Shown: positions 30,795-47,913, counted from the first letter of the stretch. The stretch: 64,000 nt of DNA from Eledone cirrhosa (GCA_964016885.1 OZ024743.1:108686001-108750000); one strand, 5' to 3'. Numbers and translations: made by a program. The notes: generated from the letters alone by a model not told the origin.

Positions 30795-32746
30795 TTATAT
30801 ATATTTACACGCAAGCACATATATATGAAGATAAAAAAATAGTTTATTGAGTTTTTTGTGTCAAACCACCCTACAATACAAACAAGAATGTGATGTTAAT
30901 GATGAGGATTTTGGTCCTGGTGATTATGATAATACTGTTGATGATTATGATGATGATGAAGATGATTATTTTAGTGTCGAACCGAATAGCATGATAATTT
31001 CTTTGTTAAATGACTTAACAATTGTTAAACCTGGGACCAACAACTACTGAAGCGACCTATGTGTGAGTTCTGCTGAAGGCAATGTAGTTAGTTAATCAGT
31101 GTACGCTTGATAAGTTTTGTTCAGGGTGGGAGTCGTGTCATTAGTGAGGTTAAGTATGTTTTCGAGCCAACAAGCGCAGAATGGGTCATTAAATTACGCT
31201 GCCTCTCCCATCCAGAACAACTTAAATAAGTTAGTATGTGCATAGCTTATTCAACCTTGAAGAGAAAAGAAGCTAACGAAATGAAACAACAAAAATAAAT
31301 AGACAAATTCAATCAAACAAACACGAAACAAAAGCCAATAAAAAATAAAATGAGCAAAAATGCCTTACAAACATAGAAAATAACAGTAATGGAAAATAAT
31401 TAGAATAGTAAAAACAAAAGTGAGAAATATGAACACTGAACTTTACATCCCTGTAAGCGTTTAGTTTTTAAAAATTACCCTGAAGATTTATTTCTATAAA
31501 GAAATATATATATAAAAAATAGAGAGAAATAAATCATTACAAAAGGAAGAAAAGACGATAATATAAGCCATACTTGTTTAGAGAATGTAGGCGAGTAGTA
31601 GTTGCTACATATATTTTAAGCTTACATATTGTAAGGCAAGTCAAATACTAACGTACAGACATTTAGATCCCAATGATGTGTTGTTATAAATTACTGATTT
31701 ATTTGTAAAACACTCAGACAATATGTGAACATTTCCACTATATACAACTGGTGTCATTAGAGTCTCGGCAAGCTAATAGACTTACTATTGTAGATGAATT
31801 TTCACTTCAAGAAAAACAAAATCCCAAACCAAGAACAACAACAAAAGCACATCACTAACACCACGCTAAAATAATAATAGACATCTACAAATCCTTCCCA
31901 CCAAACCCGTAAAATAAAAGTAAATAAGTAAAATTAACAAAATACAGTGAAAGAAAATAAACTGAAGCATATGTACTTCTAATTAAGTTCGCTTTATGAA
32001 AGCTTTGCACATGAGAAAATATTGGGCTTAATCATGCATGCTTAGTTAGATACATATGTTCTTTGAATGTAAGAGCATGCGCGTATATATGAGTTCGTGA
32101 AGGTGTGTGTTTTTGTGTGTATGTGTGTGTTAGTTAATGTGTAATTGACTATATTTGACTACATCACTGTATGTGCCTGTCAGTATTATTGTTATGTGTG
32201 TGTGCAAGGAATTATATTAGTACGTGGAGTTCCCATCCACATGTAGAAGCTTAAAAACTGTGTCATATCTGTTAATCTTACAAGCGTAGACAACCACGAA
32301 CACTCTCATGCATACACACCCGCGCACAAGCTACAATATTCGGACTGTTGAGGCATCTCTGTCAATGGATGACCCATCATGTCGAATCAATAGAATCGAC
32401 CTGTGTTTGCTAAACTATTAAATTGCGGGTGAGAAAGGGACACAGCCTAAAATGCAAAACATTTTTTTTTAGTTTTGAAAACATAAACAAGGGGTGCAAG
32501 TATATATATAAGTATATAAAGTATATATATATATAAGTATATAAAGTATATAGAGTATATATATAAGCAAATGAATGAGTGAATGAAAGAGTTACAAGCC
32601 GTTAAAACATATCTTTATATAGCTCTTGCACGTGTTTCGCCCAGGTAAGTATATATATATATATATAATAATAATGTGTTTGTTCCGGGTTCAATCGGGG
32701 GTAACGACAATTAGTAAGGTACTCAATACATTAGTAGAGTGTAAAC

Positions 32747-32882
32747 ATCATGTTTAATATAGAAATGGCTTCTACATGACTAGAGCTGTTTCATTCAAAA
32801 GAAATCATAGTATCTTTTCTGATAATTGTTTTGATTGAAACAGTTCTAGTCATGTAGAAGCCATTTCTATATTAAATATGAT
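32747..32882. repeat. Fold-back insert, ~54 bp arms
   Basis: ATCATGTTTAATATAGAAATGGCTTCTACATGACTAGAGCTGTTTCATTCAAAA (32747-32800) is inverted at 32829-32882 and ends in a TA run. Confidence 0.92.
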
Positions 32883-35555
32883 ATATATATGAAGAGAGAG
32901 ATATATATAAAGGACAGTTGCTGATATGGCTGTGCACGCCTGTTATCTTAGGCTTTCTTGATGATATATGGAGATATATTTTGTGAAGCGTCGAAATTAT
33001 CTTAACGGGATCGTTGCGAGATACAGCCATACACCCATATATAAAACGGGTCGAAGAATTAACAATTGCATATATGCAATGATAGGAAGCTCTCCAAGAA
33101 TATCGTCAGAAACATGGAGAATACATTGTTTCCCTCACAGCATCATAACACGTTTCATAGAAAACAACAAACTAAACCTTTAAGCTTGTTTTGCTTCTGT
33201 TTCTCTTAAAACATCATGCGTTGTTGATCATTGGATTGACTCCCAGTGAAAATATTATGCCACATCTATTATTCTGTATTGTGATCACCGACGTTGGTCT
33301 ATTTCTTGGCTTATTTGACATTTATCCATAATTTCCAGAAAGTAGTTATGAATATTAATAAGCTTGCGCAAAATCAACATTGACATAACGGTTAGACATA
33401 CTAGCATGTTACGCCGGAAAGAACTAAACTATCTTTAAATCTCTTATCGGATTCTCTATGGTTTGTTATACATAAGAAGGTTATTGAATGTAAGTAGATA
33501 CGTGTTATGATGTCTACCACATCGGCTGTATAACTAATGCTCAAATCGACCTTTAATAACGAGGGGAGACAAACAACAACGGTATTGTTATTATTCGACC
33601 GAGAAAATAAATCTTCGGAAATGCGTGTAATTTAACATTTACATCAACAGCGTAGAGAATTTGAACTACATTAAAGAGAAAATCAAATGCAAATTTTAAA
33701 ATCGGATTAGCCCGTATACATGTTACTGGATAAATATTACATTTCGGAGAGGTTTATTCAAATATTTAAATGTAATTACCATACTTTTAATAAAGTAAAT
33801 GATATACAATATAATTGTCAGGAACATTTCAACTTATGTTGAAATGTATTCCTCTAAGAAATTTTGTGAATATTCAAAAGAAAATATTTTCCAACCACTT
33901 CTACAGTATTACAGTTATTTTTATTATTACTTGTTCCAAGGTGGTGAATTGCTTTTTGGCATATAGTTATGTTCCTTTACAAATCCTGCAAACGTTAACT
34001 TTCCCTTTCATTCATACAGGTTCTATAAAATTAAGTACCAATAACAAATGAGACGATTTAATCGACATTTCTCTTTCCCTAAATCGTTGGCTTTGTGTCT
34101 AAACCAGAAACCATTATTTTGTTTGTCTCAACCTGTCCTTCAAAGTCGATAAAATGATATAGTATAAGTATAATACTGAGGTTGATTTAATCGACTTCGC
34201 CCACCTTAAAATTGCTGGTTTTGTGGCAATGTTAGTAATCATTACTTTACTTCTTTCAGCCATTGAACTGCAGCCATGCTGTACACGACAGTCAAATGAA
34301 TTGTAGTCTGTTACATGGTCTGTAGTTCTTTTTGAATAATTATTCTATAAAATAATGAACAGAAAAAGAAACAGAAAATATAAGTCAATCTAAGTTAAGC
34401 TACAAACTCATATAAAAGGACATAAACTCATATAAATCGACGTTCTATCGATTCTGAAAATGTCCCACTCAGCATTTACTTCATGTGCTATATAATGGAT
34501 TCTGGTTTAGACACAAGATCAACAATGTTTCGGGAAAGAAAATGAGGTTAAATAGACCCCTGTACGTTACTGGTACATTATTTCATCGACCTTGTAAGAA
34601 TGCAAGCATGTTATATATAATGAAAACTATTCATAATATGTTGTTGATTAAGCACTTATAACCTTCTCGATTCCAGTATTCTGTTCATTGGCGACTATTA
34701 CTATCGTTTATGCACGTGAAACATTGAAAAGAAAACACCCACAGCAACTTAAATTGAATAAAACCAAAACAATGTAAATAATCGTACATTGTTAATTCTG
34801 TTGTGATGTTCTAGCGAGAGACTAAACCTAACTGAATTTTAACAACCTTTTATATTTCAAGAATTTATGTGCAACGGAGACCTGCCATTGCATGCGTTTC
34901 CATATTTAAGATATTAATGTTGTGTTCGCTCAATTTAAAGGTCTTTATATCCTATGACTACAGGAAAAAAGATATGGGCATGAGATATGGTAATTGAAGA
35001 GAACCGTTTTCGTATCAAGAAAAGTTCAACAAACTGTTTAGTGTAACATCAGATGGAGCAATAAGTCGAAAATGGACCAATTGTTCTTCTGTTCGTTCAG
35101 ACTCGTAGCTGAATCACAGAGTTTATTTGAACAATGAATTTAAATGAATGTCTATTTATTTAATAAATGTATTCAAAGCTTATGTAAACAGACTGAGCGA
35201 TACGCATGAATGTGCTTAGATATTTGCCATCTTATGTCAACTGCTGAATAAGGAAATATGTAGCACATTTATACATACCTATATAGTAATATTTAAGGCG
35301 AATCTTCTCGGTTTCGGACGGAACATACCTTCGCTCTTTAGTCCGGTACCTTGAGCTTGAATTTGCATTTTATTATAGATTCCCAGTCAAGGACTGGGAT
35401 CAATTCTCTCGTGCACTGGGAAACATCTGTCTCTTAGTTAGAAACGAGTTCCTCAAAAGAAGGAATTAGAAAATTAAAAATAATTAAAAACACATATATA
35501 TTTATACGCAGTCGCGGATATAAAGAAATACACATAACACAAACACACACGCACA

Positions 35556-35557
<2 letters not shown>

Positions 35558-35625
<68 letters not shown>

Positions 35626-35715
35626 TGTGTGTATTTGTATGTCTGTATATGGGTATGTATGTGTATGGGTGTCTCTTTGTATGTGTCTTTGTATGTGTAT
35701 GTGTGTATGTGTATC
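35558..35715. repeat. (GT)n microsatellite and degenerate GT/AT repeat
   Basis: Pure GT run at 35558-35622. Confidence 0.95.
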
Positions 35716-35924
35716 TTCAAAATAATTGTCTATGTATTGTCTATTCATATACATAAAAAGTTAAGCATGTTGATATGGCTAACAACAAAATTGATATACT
35801 TTTACAGTTCTGATTTGTGACAACTGCTCCTTTCTTTAATGTGAGTTGTTTTCACCCTCCTCTTAGTAACTAATAACGTGACAAAGTTAGTTCCATTTCT
35901 TAAGACATTATTTTTCGGAAGATT

Positions 35925-36105
35925 GTGGTGGTATCGGTAGAGGGTCGGACGCCATGGTTTGCAGCATAGAGTTACGGCCCTTTATGGTCTGATTTCAAAT
36001 CCCGCCGAGGTTAACTTTGCCTTTCATCCTTACGGGGTCGATTAAATAAAGTACCAGTAATACTCTAGAATAATTGCTGGCCTTGTGCCAAAAGTAGAAA
36101 CAATT
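35925..36105 (+). mobile_element. tRNA-derived SINE family 1, near full-length
   Basis: GGTATCGGTAGAGGGTCGGACGCC...GATTTCAAATCCCGCCGAGGTTAACTTTGCCTTTCATCCTTACGGGGTCG...AAAAGTAGAAACAATT. Confidence 0.9.
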
Positions 36106-36314
36106 ATTTTTTATTATATCCTAGTTGCTGACTGACTAAACTTTCATAACATTGAAAAGAAAAATGAAAAGATCTGCTGAGCGTAAGCAATATTCATGAG
36201 GTTAATTCACTCTTTGTGTTATTTCTTAGAATGAGGTTCTCTCCCCATTCTCACTCTCTCCTTCTTTCTTTACCCCCCTTCTCTATGTATATTGTATATA
36301 TGATATGTAAATGA

Positions 36315-36404
36315 ATATATACATACATATATATATATATATACATACATACATACATACATACACACATACATACATACATACATATATATATATATAT
36401 TTAT

Positions 36405-36435
<31 letters not shown>

Positions 36436-36454
36436 AATATATATATATATTTAT

Positions 36455-36545
<91 letters not shown>

Positions 36546-36690
36546 TATATATATATTTATATATATATATATATAAATATATATAAATATATATATACTT
36601 ATATATATATATACTTATATATATATATATAAGTATATATATATATATATATATATACTTATATATATACTTATATATATATATATATAA

Positions 36691-36727
<37 letters not shown>

Positions 36728-36740
36728 TCTATATATATAC

Positions 36741-36777
<37 letters not shown>

Positions 36778-36808
36778 TATATATATATAAGTATATATAT
36801 ATATATAC

Positions 36809-36866
<58 letters not shown>

Positions 36867-37511
36867 CATTTCTGTGTTTTCTTTATTCTTTTCATGCTGG
36901 CATGTTCTGGGTTATTTTTTGTGATATCTTATCGTTGTTTATTTTCCGTATTATATTATTATCTGGTTGTTACGATTCCGTTGACGCTATTGTTAATGTC
37001 ATTGTTGTTGTCGTTGTTTTTGCTGTTGTTGGTGCTGATGTTCGTGTTGCTGTTAGTATTGCTGTTATTGCAGTTTCTCCAGAAAATCCATTAAGTATTT
37101 TGGCCACCGTGTATTGATTTTCTAACGTTTCCCATTAGAACACTGTGAAGAATATTTACACTGAGGCTTGTATCTTATATTTATTGTCTTCTTTGTATTG
37201 TTATTATTGCAGTTGTTGTTGTTTTCTTTCTTGCCCTAGTAGTTGCAAGCTGTTTTTCGTTGCAGATATTGAAACTGTTGTTGTTGTTGTTGTAGTTGTC
37301 ATTATTGTCGTTGTTGTTGTGATGATTGTACACTCTTGTTACTACCATTGTCCTTGTTGTTTTTGGTAGTATTTCGTCGTCGTCGTTTGAAGTTCTTATT
37401 GTTAATGATGTTCTCGTTGTAGTTGTTTGTATTTGCATGTTTTTGAATAGTACTTTTGTTGCGTTTGTATTTTATCTACCTATTTCCTGTGACTGTTCTC
37501 TCTACGATTCA

Positions 37512-37542
<31 letters not shown>

Positions 37543-37775
37543 TGTATGTATGTATGTATGTATGTATGTATGTATGTATTATGTATGTATGTATGTATGT
37601 ATGTATGTATGTATGTATGCATGTTCGTATCGATGTGTGTATGTAGGTATGTATGTATGTATGCATTTTCGTATGCATGTGTTTATGTAGGTATATATGT
37701 AAGTTTATGTAGGTATATATGTATATATCGATCTCTATCTCTGTGTATCTATCTCTCTCTCTATATATATATACA
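36315..37775. repeat. (TA)n tract 36315-36865, (GTT)-rich low-complexity DNA, and (TATG)n tract 37513-37660
   Basis: Direct inspection. Confidence 0.93.
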
Positions 37776-38289
37776 ATAAGCATATCATTTTCTATCGTTC
37801 AATCACTCTTGGAAATCTTGCTGTATTAAGTTAAAATGGTGTATGTCCGCTACCAGTAGTATTTTATTCACGTTTATTGAGTGCATATAGACTCTTACAC
37901 ACATATAGATACAATAAAAGGATAAGAAAACGCAAAACATTATAAAGAAGCAGCAAAATAAATAAGTAAATAAATAAATCAAAATAAAGAAGTGGATCGT
38001 ACTAAAATAGTTTTCTTCTGTTAGTACAAAACATTAATCAGTCTGATCCGCTACTAACAATTGCTTGATTGCATAGATGTTGGTTTCTGTTTCGTAGGCA
38101 TACAAATGGAACAGAATTTATTTTTTAATGCAATAAAGTACTGATCAATTCGAAGATTATTTTTCTTTTTCTTTTCCAACTAAGTTCACCAGCGCTATGG
38201 AAAACGTTACGTCAGCATATATATATATATATGTATATATATATGTATATATATTTAAAACAATAGAGGTGTAACACACAAGTTATGAT

Positions 38290-38811
38290 ATATTGGTAAA
38301 CGGAATAGAAAATGCTGACAAATTGTTCACAGTGAAAAATAGTTTAATTAAGAATAAGTGAGAATTAGTAATAGGATTGGTTAGTATTCAGTTTTGGTTT
38401 TAAGTTTTTAGTTTTACCGGTTGCGCATTTCTAATGCTTTTCAAAAATAATTTTGAGATAGAGCGTCTGTGATGTTTGCTCTCATCTGATTAGTTTTGGG
38501 AATTCTACCTGTTTTTATGTTAAAAAAGTGGCTCCAGCGGTATTAAAATAAGTTTTGCGCCAATTCGTGTTGCAAAAATTCTTGTGGTCAAAACAATTTT
38601 GATTGGTCGGTAGAGGTCATGTGAATGTAAAAAATTGATTTTGCGCCCAATGTAGGTTTGTGTCGGCTGACTGAGAAATAAGTCTTTCACAACAAATATG
38701 TGTGTGTGTGTGTAGTAGAAGTAGTAAAGAGGTCCGTTGTTGTGATAATGGTCAGCAGGGATGTGTGTGCGTACCGCAGCCTCTTGACAGTTCAAATGCC
38801 TATTAATACAA

Positions 38812-38881
<70 letters not shown>

Positions 38882-39147
38882 CAGAGTAATTCGTGGTAGA
38901 GGGATGGTCAGTAGGAATGTGTCTGTAAGTGTGTGGGGGATATTTTAACATGTTAAAATATATTTTTCAGATCTTGTCTTGTGCGGAGAAGTGTGTGTGT
39001 GTGTGTGTGTATCTGTGTGTGTGTGTGTGTGTGTGTGTGGCAGAGTAATTCGTGGTAGAGGGATGGTCAGTAGGAATGTGTCTGTAAGTGTGTGGGGGAT
39101 ATTTTAACATGTTAAGAGATATTTTTCAGATCTTCTCTTGTGCGGAG

Positions 39148-39215
<68 letters not shown>

Positions 39216-40562
39216 GTAAAATGGTGTACATTATTCGATATTTTCAGTAAAATCAATTCTCTTAATAGAACATCAAAAACCTAAATAATAAAGGGTGTGA
39301 AATGATATATAGTATTGGCATAATACCAAGGTGTGTGTGAGCGTGTCCAGATTGTACGTACTGCAAGGGGGATCCATTAGGCCTTGCCGTATTGGAATAC
39401 CTGTGCACAAATATGTATCTGGGGTGTGTCCAGAAATTGTATACCTGTGCACAAGTTGTATACCTGGAGCACAAATTGTACACATGTATCTGGAGTGTGT
39501 CCAGAAATTGTATACCTGTGCACAAATATGTATCTGGAGAGTGTCCAGATTGTACGTACTGCAAGGGGAATTCATTAGGCCTTGCCGTATTGGAATACCT
39601 GTGCACACATATGTATGTGCCCATCAGTGTGCAATGCATGTGTGCGTTTATGTATGTGTGCGTGTCGGGACGTTTATATCTATAGATATAAACGTCCCGA
39701 CACACACACATACATAAACACACAGATTTGTGTATATCTGTGTTGCACCATAGAACATGTGTATTTACGTATGTCATTGTGTTTATATGTGGGTAGAGAT
39801 GTATGCTGATGTAGGTATGTATGTTGACGTGTGTATGTTGTGGGTTCGTCTTAGGGAGAAGTATTTAGACGGGGTCCGTATTTGTTAATAAAGTAAGATT
39901 CCTTGCTGATGCGCTGGATGTGGGTGGCATTATCTTTAAATTTGTAGAGGGGAAAGATTCTGAAGTTGAGATGATTTTGGGCGCCACAGGTATCAAAGTG
40001 TTCACTCAGTGGTATTTTCCTGTATACCCGTATTTTAATTTGGGATCTATGGACAGTCATGCGTTGGCGGAGGCTGATTTTGGTCTGGCCTATGTATTGC
40101 TCTCGACAACCTGAGCAAGTTAATACATTTATTAGATTTTCTGATGCGCATGTGAAATTGTGTTTAACTATAAAACGTTGCCCTTCTTTGAAATAGAATT
40201 CTGAACCCTCTATTAGGTTGATACAAATGCCACAGTTGGGTCTATCGCATTTTTTTACTGTGGGTTTCGTTGTTGTGGTTGGCAGTACTTTGGCATGTGT
40301 TTGGATGTTTTTCATTGACTTAGATTGTCTTTGGCTCTTTGATATCGTGTGTTAGTAGGATTTGGTTCATTCTATGGTCCGTTTTCAACACAGGGATGTT
40401 CTAGAGGATGGTGTCAAAGGCCTCATTGTTGAGGGGGTTGTGTGTGGAGATGTATGGAAGAGCTTTTAGTTTCGGTTGATTTACTTTAGGGTGTCTAATT
40501 CTCACTTATTCCTAATTAAACTATTTTTCACTGTTTGTCAGCATTTTCTATTCCGTTTACCA

Positions 40563-40565
<3 letters not shown>
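38290..40565 (-). mobile_element. Penelope-like element (Neptune-like), 5'-truncated: GIY-YIG endonuclease, ~1.55 kb 3' UTR and inverted 3'-end copy
   Basis: ORF 39851-40315 has a Cys-rich linker CDRPNCGIC, then FTC..ENLINVLTC.GCREQYIGQT...LRQRM..HRS...HF...E..FI....P.LN. Upstream linker PYISTHNP at ~40440. 40495-40565 is the reverse complement of 38290-38368. Confidence 0.88.
39343..39724. repeat. Short tandem units followed by an ~85 bp palindrome, inside the PLE 3' UTR
   Basis: A ~75 bp unit occurs at 39343 and 39541 with ~30 bp sub-repeats between them. Perfect 42 bp palindrome GTGTCGGGACGTTTATATCTA|TAGATATAAACGTCCCGACAC at 39662-39703. Confidence 0.9.
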
Positions 40566-40615
<50 letters not shown>

Positions 40616-40714
40616 AACATTTATAACGCCGGGATCATACATTTTCCTACTACTCTAAGTACTGAGTACTCTGGTGCGTAATGGTCCATCTGGTTCCTTA
40701 CCACAACTCTTTCG

Positions 40715-40783
<69 letters not shown>

Positions 40784-40792
40784 ATATATACT

Positions 40793-40853
<61 letters not shown>

Positions 40854-40937
40854 TTTACATATATATATACATATACGTGTTTTGCAACGGGTCACTTTGT
40901 GGCTCAATGTAAATTTAATAAATTAAATAATCAGAGC

Positions 40938-41454
40938 TATATATCATAAAACATGTCTATAGAATCACAAGATATAATATATACCATTTCCTGTCCCAAT
41001 TAGCATAATTAACTATATAAAAAATCGAAGAGAACAGGCTATAAGAATGAGGCTTCTGTGGCGCGATCACTTTGGAAAATTTAGTGTCTAGATCAGAGCA
41101 ATCTCCTGATGAATCCGATGCTCGAGTTATATAATTATTACATAATTATTGGAAATCTTAAAATGTGGATGAAACCATGGTAGAGGTATTTTAATGTATT
41201 CTATTTTCTCCTAGTTTATTTTACACCTAATTCTGTTTAGTTGACTGTATCTGGGCGATTACGCTGTCGAAATATTCGAAAATATTCCGTTGGGGCCGAC
41301 GCGAAGGGCTAGTTTCGGTTACTTGTTGGAGATTTCTTCATAGAAGCCTCATTCTTATAGCCTGGTCTATTCGATTTTTTATATAGTTAATTATGCTAAT
41401 TGGGAGAGGAAATGGTATATATTTTATCTTGTGATTCTATAGATATGTTTTATG

Positions 41455-41460
<6 letters not shown>
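40938..41460 (+). mobile_element. Fold-back insert (~120 bp arms, ~280 bp loop) carrying a hammerhead; probable PLE 3' end
   Basis: 40938-41060 is inverted at 41339-41460, with (TA)n tracts on both sides. Confidence 0.85.
41101..41187 (+). ncRNA. Type I hammerhead ribozyme motif with long loop II
   Basis: ATCTC-CTGATGA-ATCC[50 nt]GGAT-GAAAC-CATG-GTA-GAGGT. Intact core, stem I 5 bp, stem II 4 bp, palindromic stem III. Confidence 0.78.
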
Positions 41461-42640
<1,180 letters not shown>

Positions 42641-42641
42641 C

Positions 42642-43390
42642 AACTAGAAATTGATTAACATATAAATAAACATATGAAACAATCACAGGGGATATGTTTT
42701 ACAAGTGTGTAAGCACACATAGCTAGGTAGGTAACTAAATAAAATTAACTAGAACTTCAAAAATAGATACCTTATAATATGATTAATCTTCCCTGTATAT
42801 ATTCCATTAAAGAAATATATTTGGACAATTAATCGAATGGCAAACCACAGAGGCCGATACTTGGATTTTCCACAAAGAAGAAGTCCAGCCATCTCTGTTT
42901 ACGCATTAAGTTCAAATCAGCGACTGGCCAGTAACACGTGCTGTGTCTACTAAAAATACACACATCATACCAGCTTCGTCCCATTGGCGTGAATAGGTTT
43001 ATCGATAACTAGAAACAGCAGTCAAGTCCTTTCAACAGAGTTAGCTCTACAATTAAGGAGCCGTATTTATATATCTATATCCAAAATTAAGATAAATCAA
43101 AGTGAATTTAATCTAAATCAAAATTATGGGTGTCATGCCAGAAAGGCATGCGCCATATCACCCGTAAAATAAGCTCCGAGAAATTAAACTAGAAATTGAT
43201 TAACATATAAATAAACATATGAAACAATCACGGGGGATAATTTTTACAAGTGTGTAAGCACACATAGCTAGGTAGGAAACTAAATAAAGAATATTGGAGC
43301 TTATTTTACGTGTGATATGGTGCACGCCTCACTGGCATGACACCCATAATTTTGATTTAGATTAAATTCACTTTGATTTATCTTAATTTT

Positions 43391-43400
<10 letters not shown>
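42642..43400. mobile_element. Composite direct + inverted repeat insert between (TA)n tracts, PLE-like architecture
   Basis: Direct repeat 42642-42743 / 43187-43288. Inverted repeat 43072-43177 / 43296-43400. Confidence 0.7.
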
Positions 43401-43419
<19 letters not shown>

Positions 43420-43425
<6 letters not shown>

Positions 43426-43916
43426 TAAACGGAATAGAAAATGCTGACAAATTGTTCACAGTTGAAAAATGGTTTAATTAGGAATAAAAGAGTATTAGTG
43501 ATTGTATGGGTTAGTATTCAGTTGTGGTTTTAAGTTTTTAAGTTTTTACCGGTTGCGCATTTCTAAATGCTTTTCAAAAATAATTTTGAGATAGAGTGTC
43601 CGTGCTCTTTGCTCTGATCTGATTAGTTTTGGGAATTCTACCTGTTTTTATGTTAAAAAAATGGCTCCAGCGTTATTTTTGTGTTGCAAAAATGCTTGTG
43701 GTCAAAACAATTTTGATTGGTCGGTAGAGGTCATGTGAATGTAAAAAGTTGATTTTGCGCCAAGACTGTTTTTATGTTGAAATGTTAGAAAAGTGGCTCC
43801 AGCAAAAATTATGGTCAAAACAATTTTGATTGGTCGGTAGAGGTCATGTGGATAAAAAATTGGTTTTGCGCCAAGATTGAGAAATGATCTTTCACAACAA
43901 ATGTGTGTGTGTGTGT

Positions 43917-43958
<42 letters not shown>

Positions 43959-44027
43959 TAGTAGTAGTAAGGTGTTCGATGCTGCGACAATAGCCACCAG
44001 CGATGTGTGTCAAATGGCTATTAAGAT

Positions 44028-44063
<36 letters not shown>

Positions 44064-44635
44064 ACATACACACAGCAGAGTCATTCGAAGGTCAAAAGAT
44101 ATTTTTCAGCTTTTGTCTTATACGGAGAAGTGCGTGTGTGTGTGTGTATAAGTCTCTTTGTATGTTGATGTACGCGTGTGTATGTGTTTGTGTATACATG
44201 TGTGTGTGTGTGTGTGTGTGCGTGTGTGGGTGGACCAGTATTTTTTTTCCCCCTGGTAAAATGGTGTACATTATTCGATTTTTTCAGTAAAATCGGTTCT
44301 CTTAATAGAACATCAACAATCTTAACAATAAAAGGTGTGAAATGATATTCACTATATACATATATACACACACACACATACACACATATATATATATATT
44401 TTCACTACATATATATATATATATATATACATATATACATACATATATATGCACATATATTTTTTTGTATTGCACCATAGAGCATGTGCGTTTACGTGTG
44501 TCATTGTGTTTATATGTGGGTAGAGATGTGTGCTGATGTAGGTATGTATGTTGACGTGTGTATGTTGTGGGTTCGTCTTAGGGAGAAGTGTTTAGACGGG
44601 GTCCGTATTTGTTAATGAAGTAAGATTCCTTGCTG

Positions 44636-44638
<3 letters not shown>
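43420..44638 (-). mobile_element. Second copy of the Neptune-like PLE: 3' UTR plus last ~20 codons
   Basis: Colinear with 38290-39910. The ORF end ISKESYFINKYGPRLNTSP* lies at 44578-44638, and the copy is bounded by (TA)n. Confidence 0.88.
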
Positions 44639-44666
<28 letters not shown>

Positions 44667-44819
44667 GAGGTTTTAATATCGATGAGATTCTTCAGGGCTA
44701 GAACTGTTTTATTCTTTAGAAAGCATCAGGAATATGGCTGTCAACAATAAATATTTTGGTATTTATATATTTTCAGGCGGTAGGAGAGGGTGGGGAGTGG
44801 GTGGGAGGAGGTCATTGGT

Positions 44820-45145
44820 TGAAAGAAAAGGGAATTCGTTAAAAGATAATTCTTTAAGTCTACAATTATATTTAGAGTGACAAAGGCAGAAAGAATTCTA
44901 TAAACATGTTCAAAATGGGTGTGCCGCTCCTTATTTTTAAGTTTCTCTTAAGCTAACAATGCCTATAATTCAGGTGTTTATAAGATGGTTTAGAGTCGGT
45001 CATGGTTGATGGATTTAAAGAAAAGGGAAATTCTTTAAAAGTTAATTCTTTAAAGCTCTACTTAGAGTGACATAGGCCAAGAGAATTCTGTAAACCAGCT
45101 CAAAATATTGGGTGCCTATCAAAATTGTCATGTATCTCTTAAGCT
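44820..45145. repeat. Diverged tandem duplication, ~195 bp period
   Basis: AAAGAAAAGGGAA..TTC.TTAAAAG.TAATTCTTTAA...TTAGAGTGACA.AGGC..AGAATTCT.TAAAC...CTCTTAAGCT at ~44822 and ~45017. Confidence 0.75.
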
Positions 45146-45216
45146 CTATTCTGGGTGTCAACAAACACATTCACATACACACACACACACTTATATATAT
45201 ATATATATATACATAT

Positions 45217-45267
<51 letters not shown>

Positions 45268-45276
45268 TATATATAA

Positions 45277-47271
<1,995 letters not shown>

Positions 47272-47447
47272 TTTCCAGCTCTGCGCACCCAACCTCTGAT
47301 TGAACCCAGCCACCTAGCTGCTTTCTACTGCATATTGCACGTTGAGCACATGCCTTTACGCTTTGACTTCTAACTAACTCACCGATCTTTCCTCTCATAT
47401 CTCCTCTACTATCTCCATCTCTCTCTTTAAGATTGGTTACTCTTGAA

Positions 47448-47510
<63 letters not shown>

Positions 47511-47714
47511 CACACATATATATATATATACACCCATATATATATATATATACACACATATATATATACACCCATATATATATATATACACCCATATATA
47601 TATATATATATATATACTTTTATACTCTGCTATATATTGAGTACCTTACTTACTGTGGTTACCTCCGATTCAACTCGAAATAACATACCTATATATATAT
47701 ATATATATATATAT

Positions 47715-47900
47715 ATTAGTAAAAGGAAAAGAAAATGCTGACAAATTGTTCCAGTGAAAAAATAGTTTAATTAGGAATAAGTAAAAATTAGTAATAGTAT
47801 TGGTTAGTATTCAGTTTTGGTTTCAAGTTTAACCGGTTGAGCATTTCTAATGCTTTTCAAAAATAATGTTGAGATAGAGCCCCATGACGTTTGCTCTAAT
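47715..47900 (-). mobile_element. Third, very short 3'-terminal copy of the Neptune-like PLE
   Basis: Matches 38290-38482 and is flanked by (TA)n. Confidence 0.85.
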
Positions 47901-47913
47901 ATATATTTATATA

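Noticed and set aside
36861-37450. Hydrophobic 'membrane protein-like' ORFs
   Set aside because: They derive from (GTT)/(TTG)-rich low-complexity sequence.
39343-39615. Repeat-spacer-like pattern suggesting a CRISPR array
   Set aside because: The units are irregular tandem duplications without unique spacers, the context is eukaryotic, and no cas genes are present.
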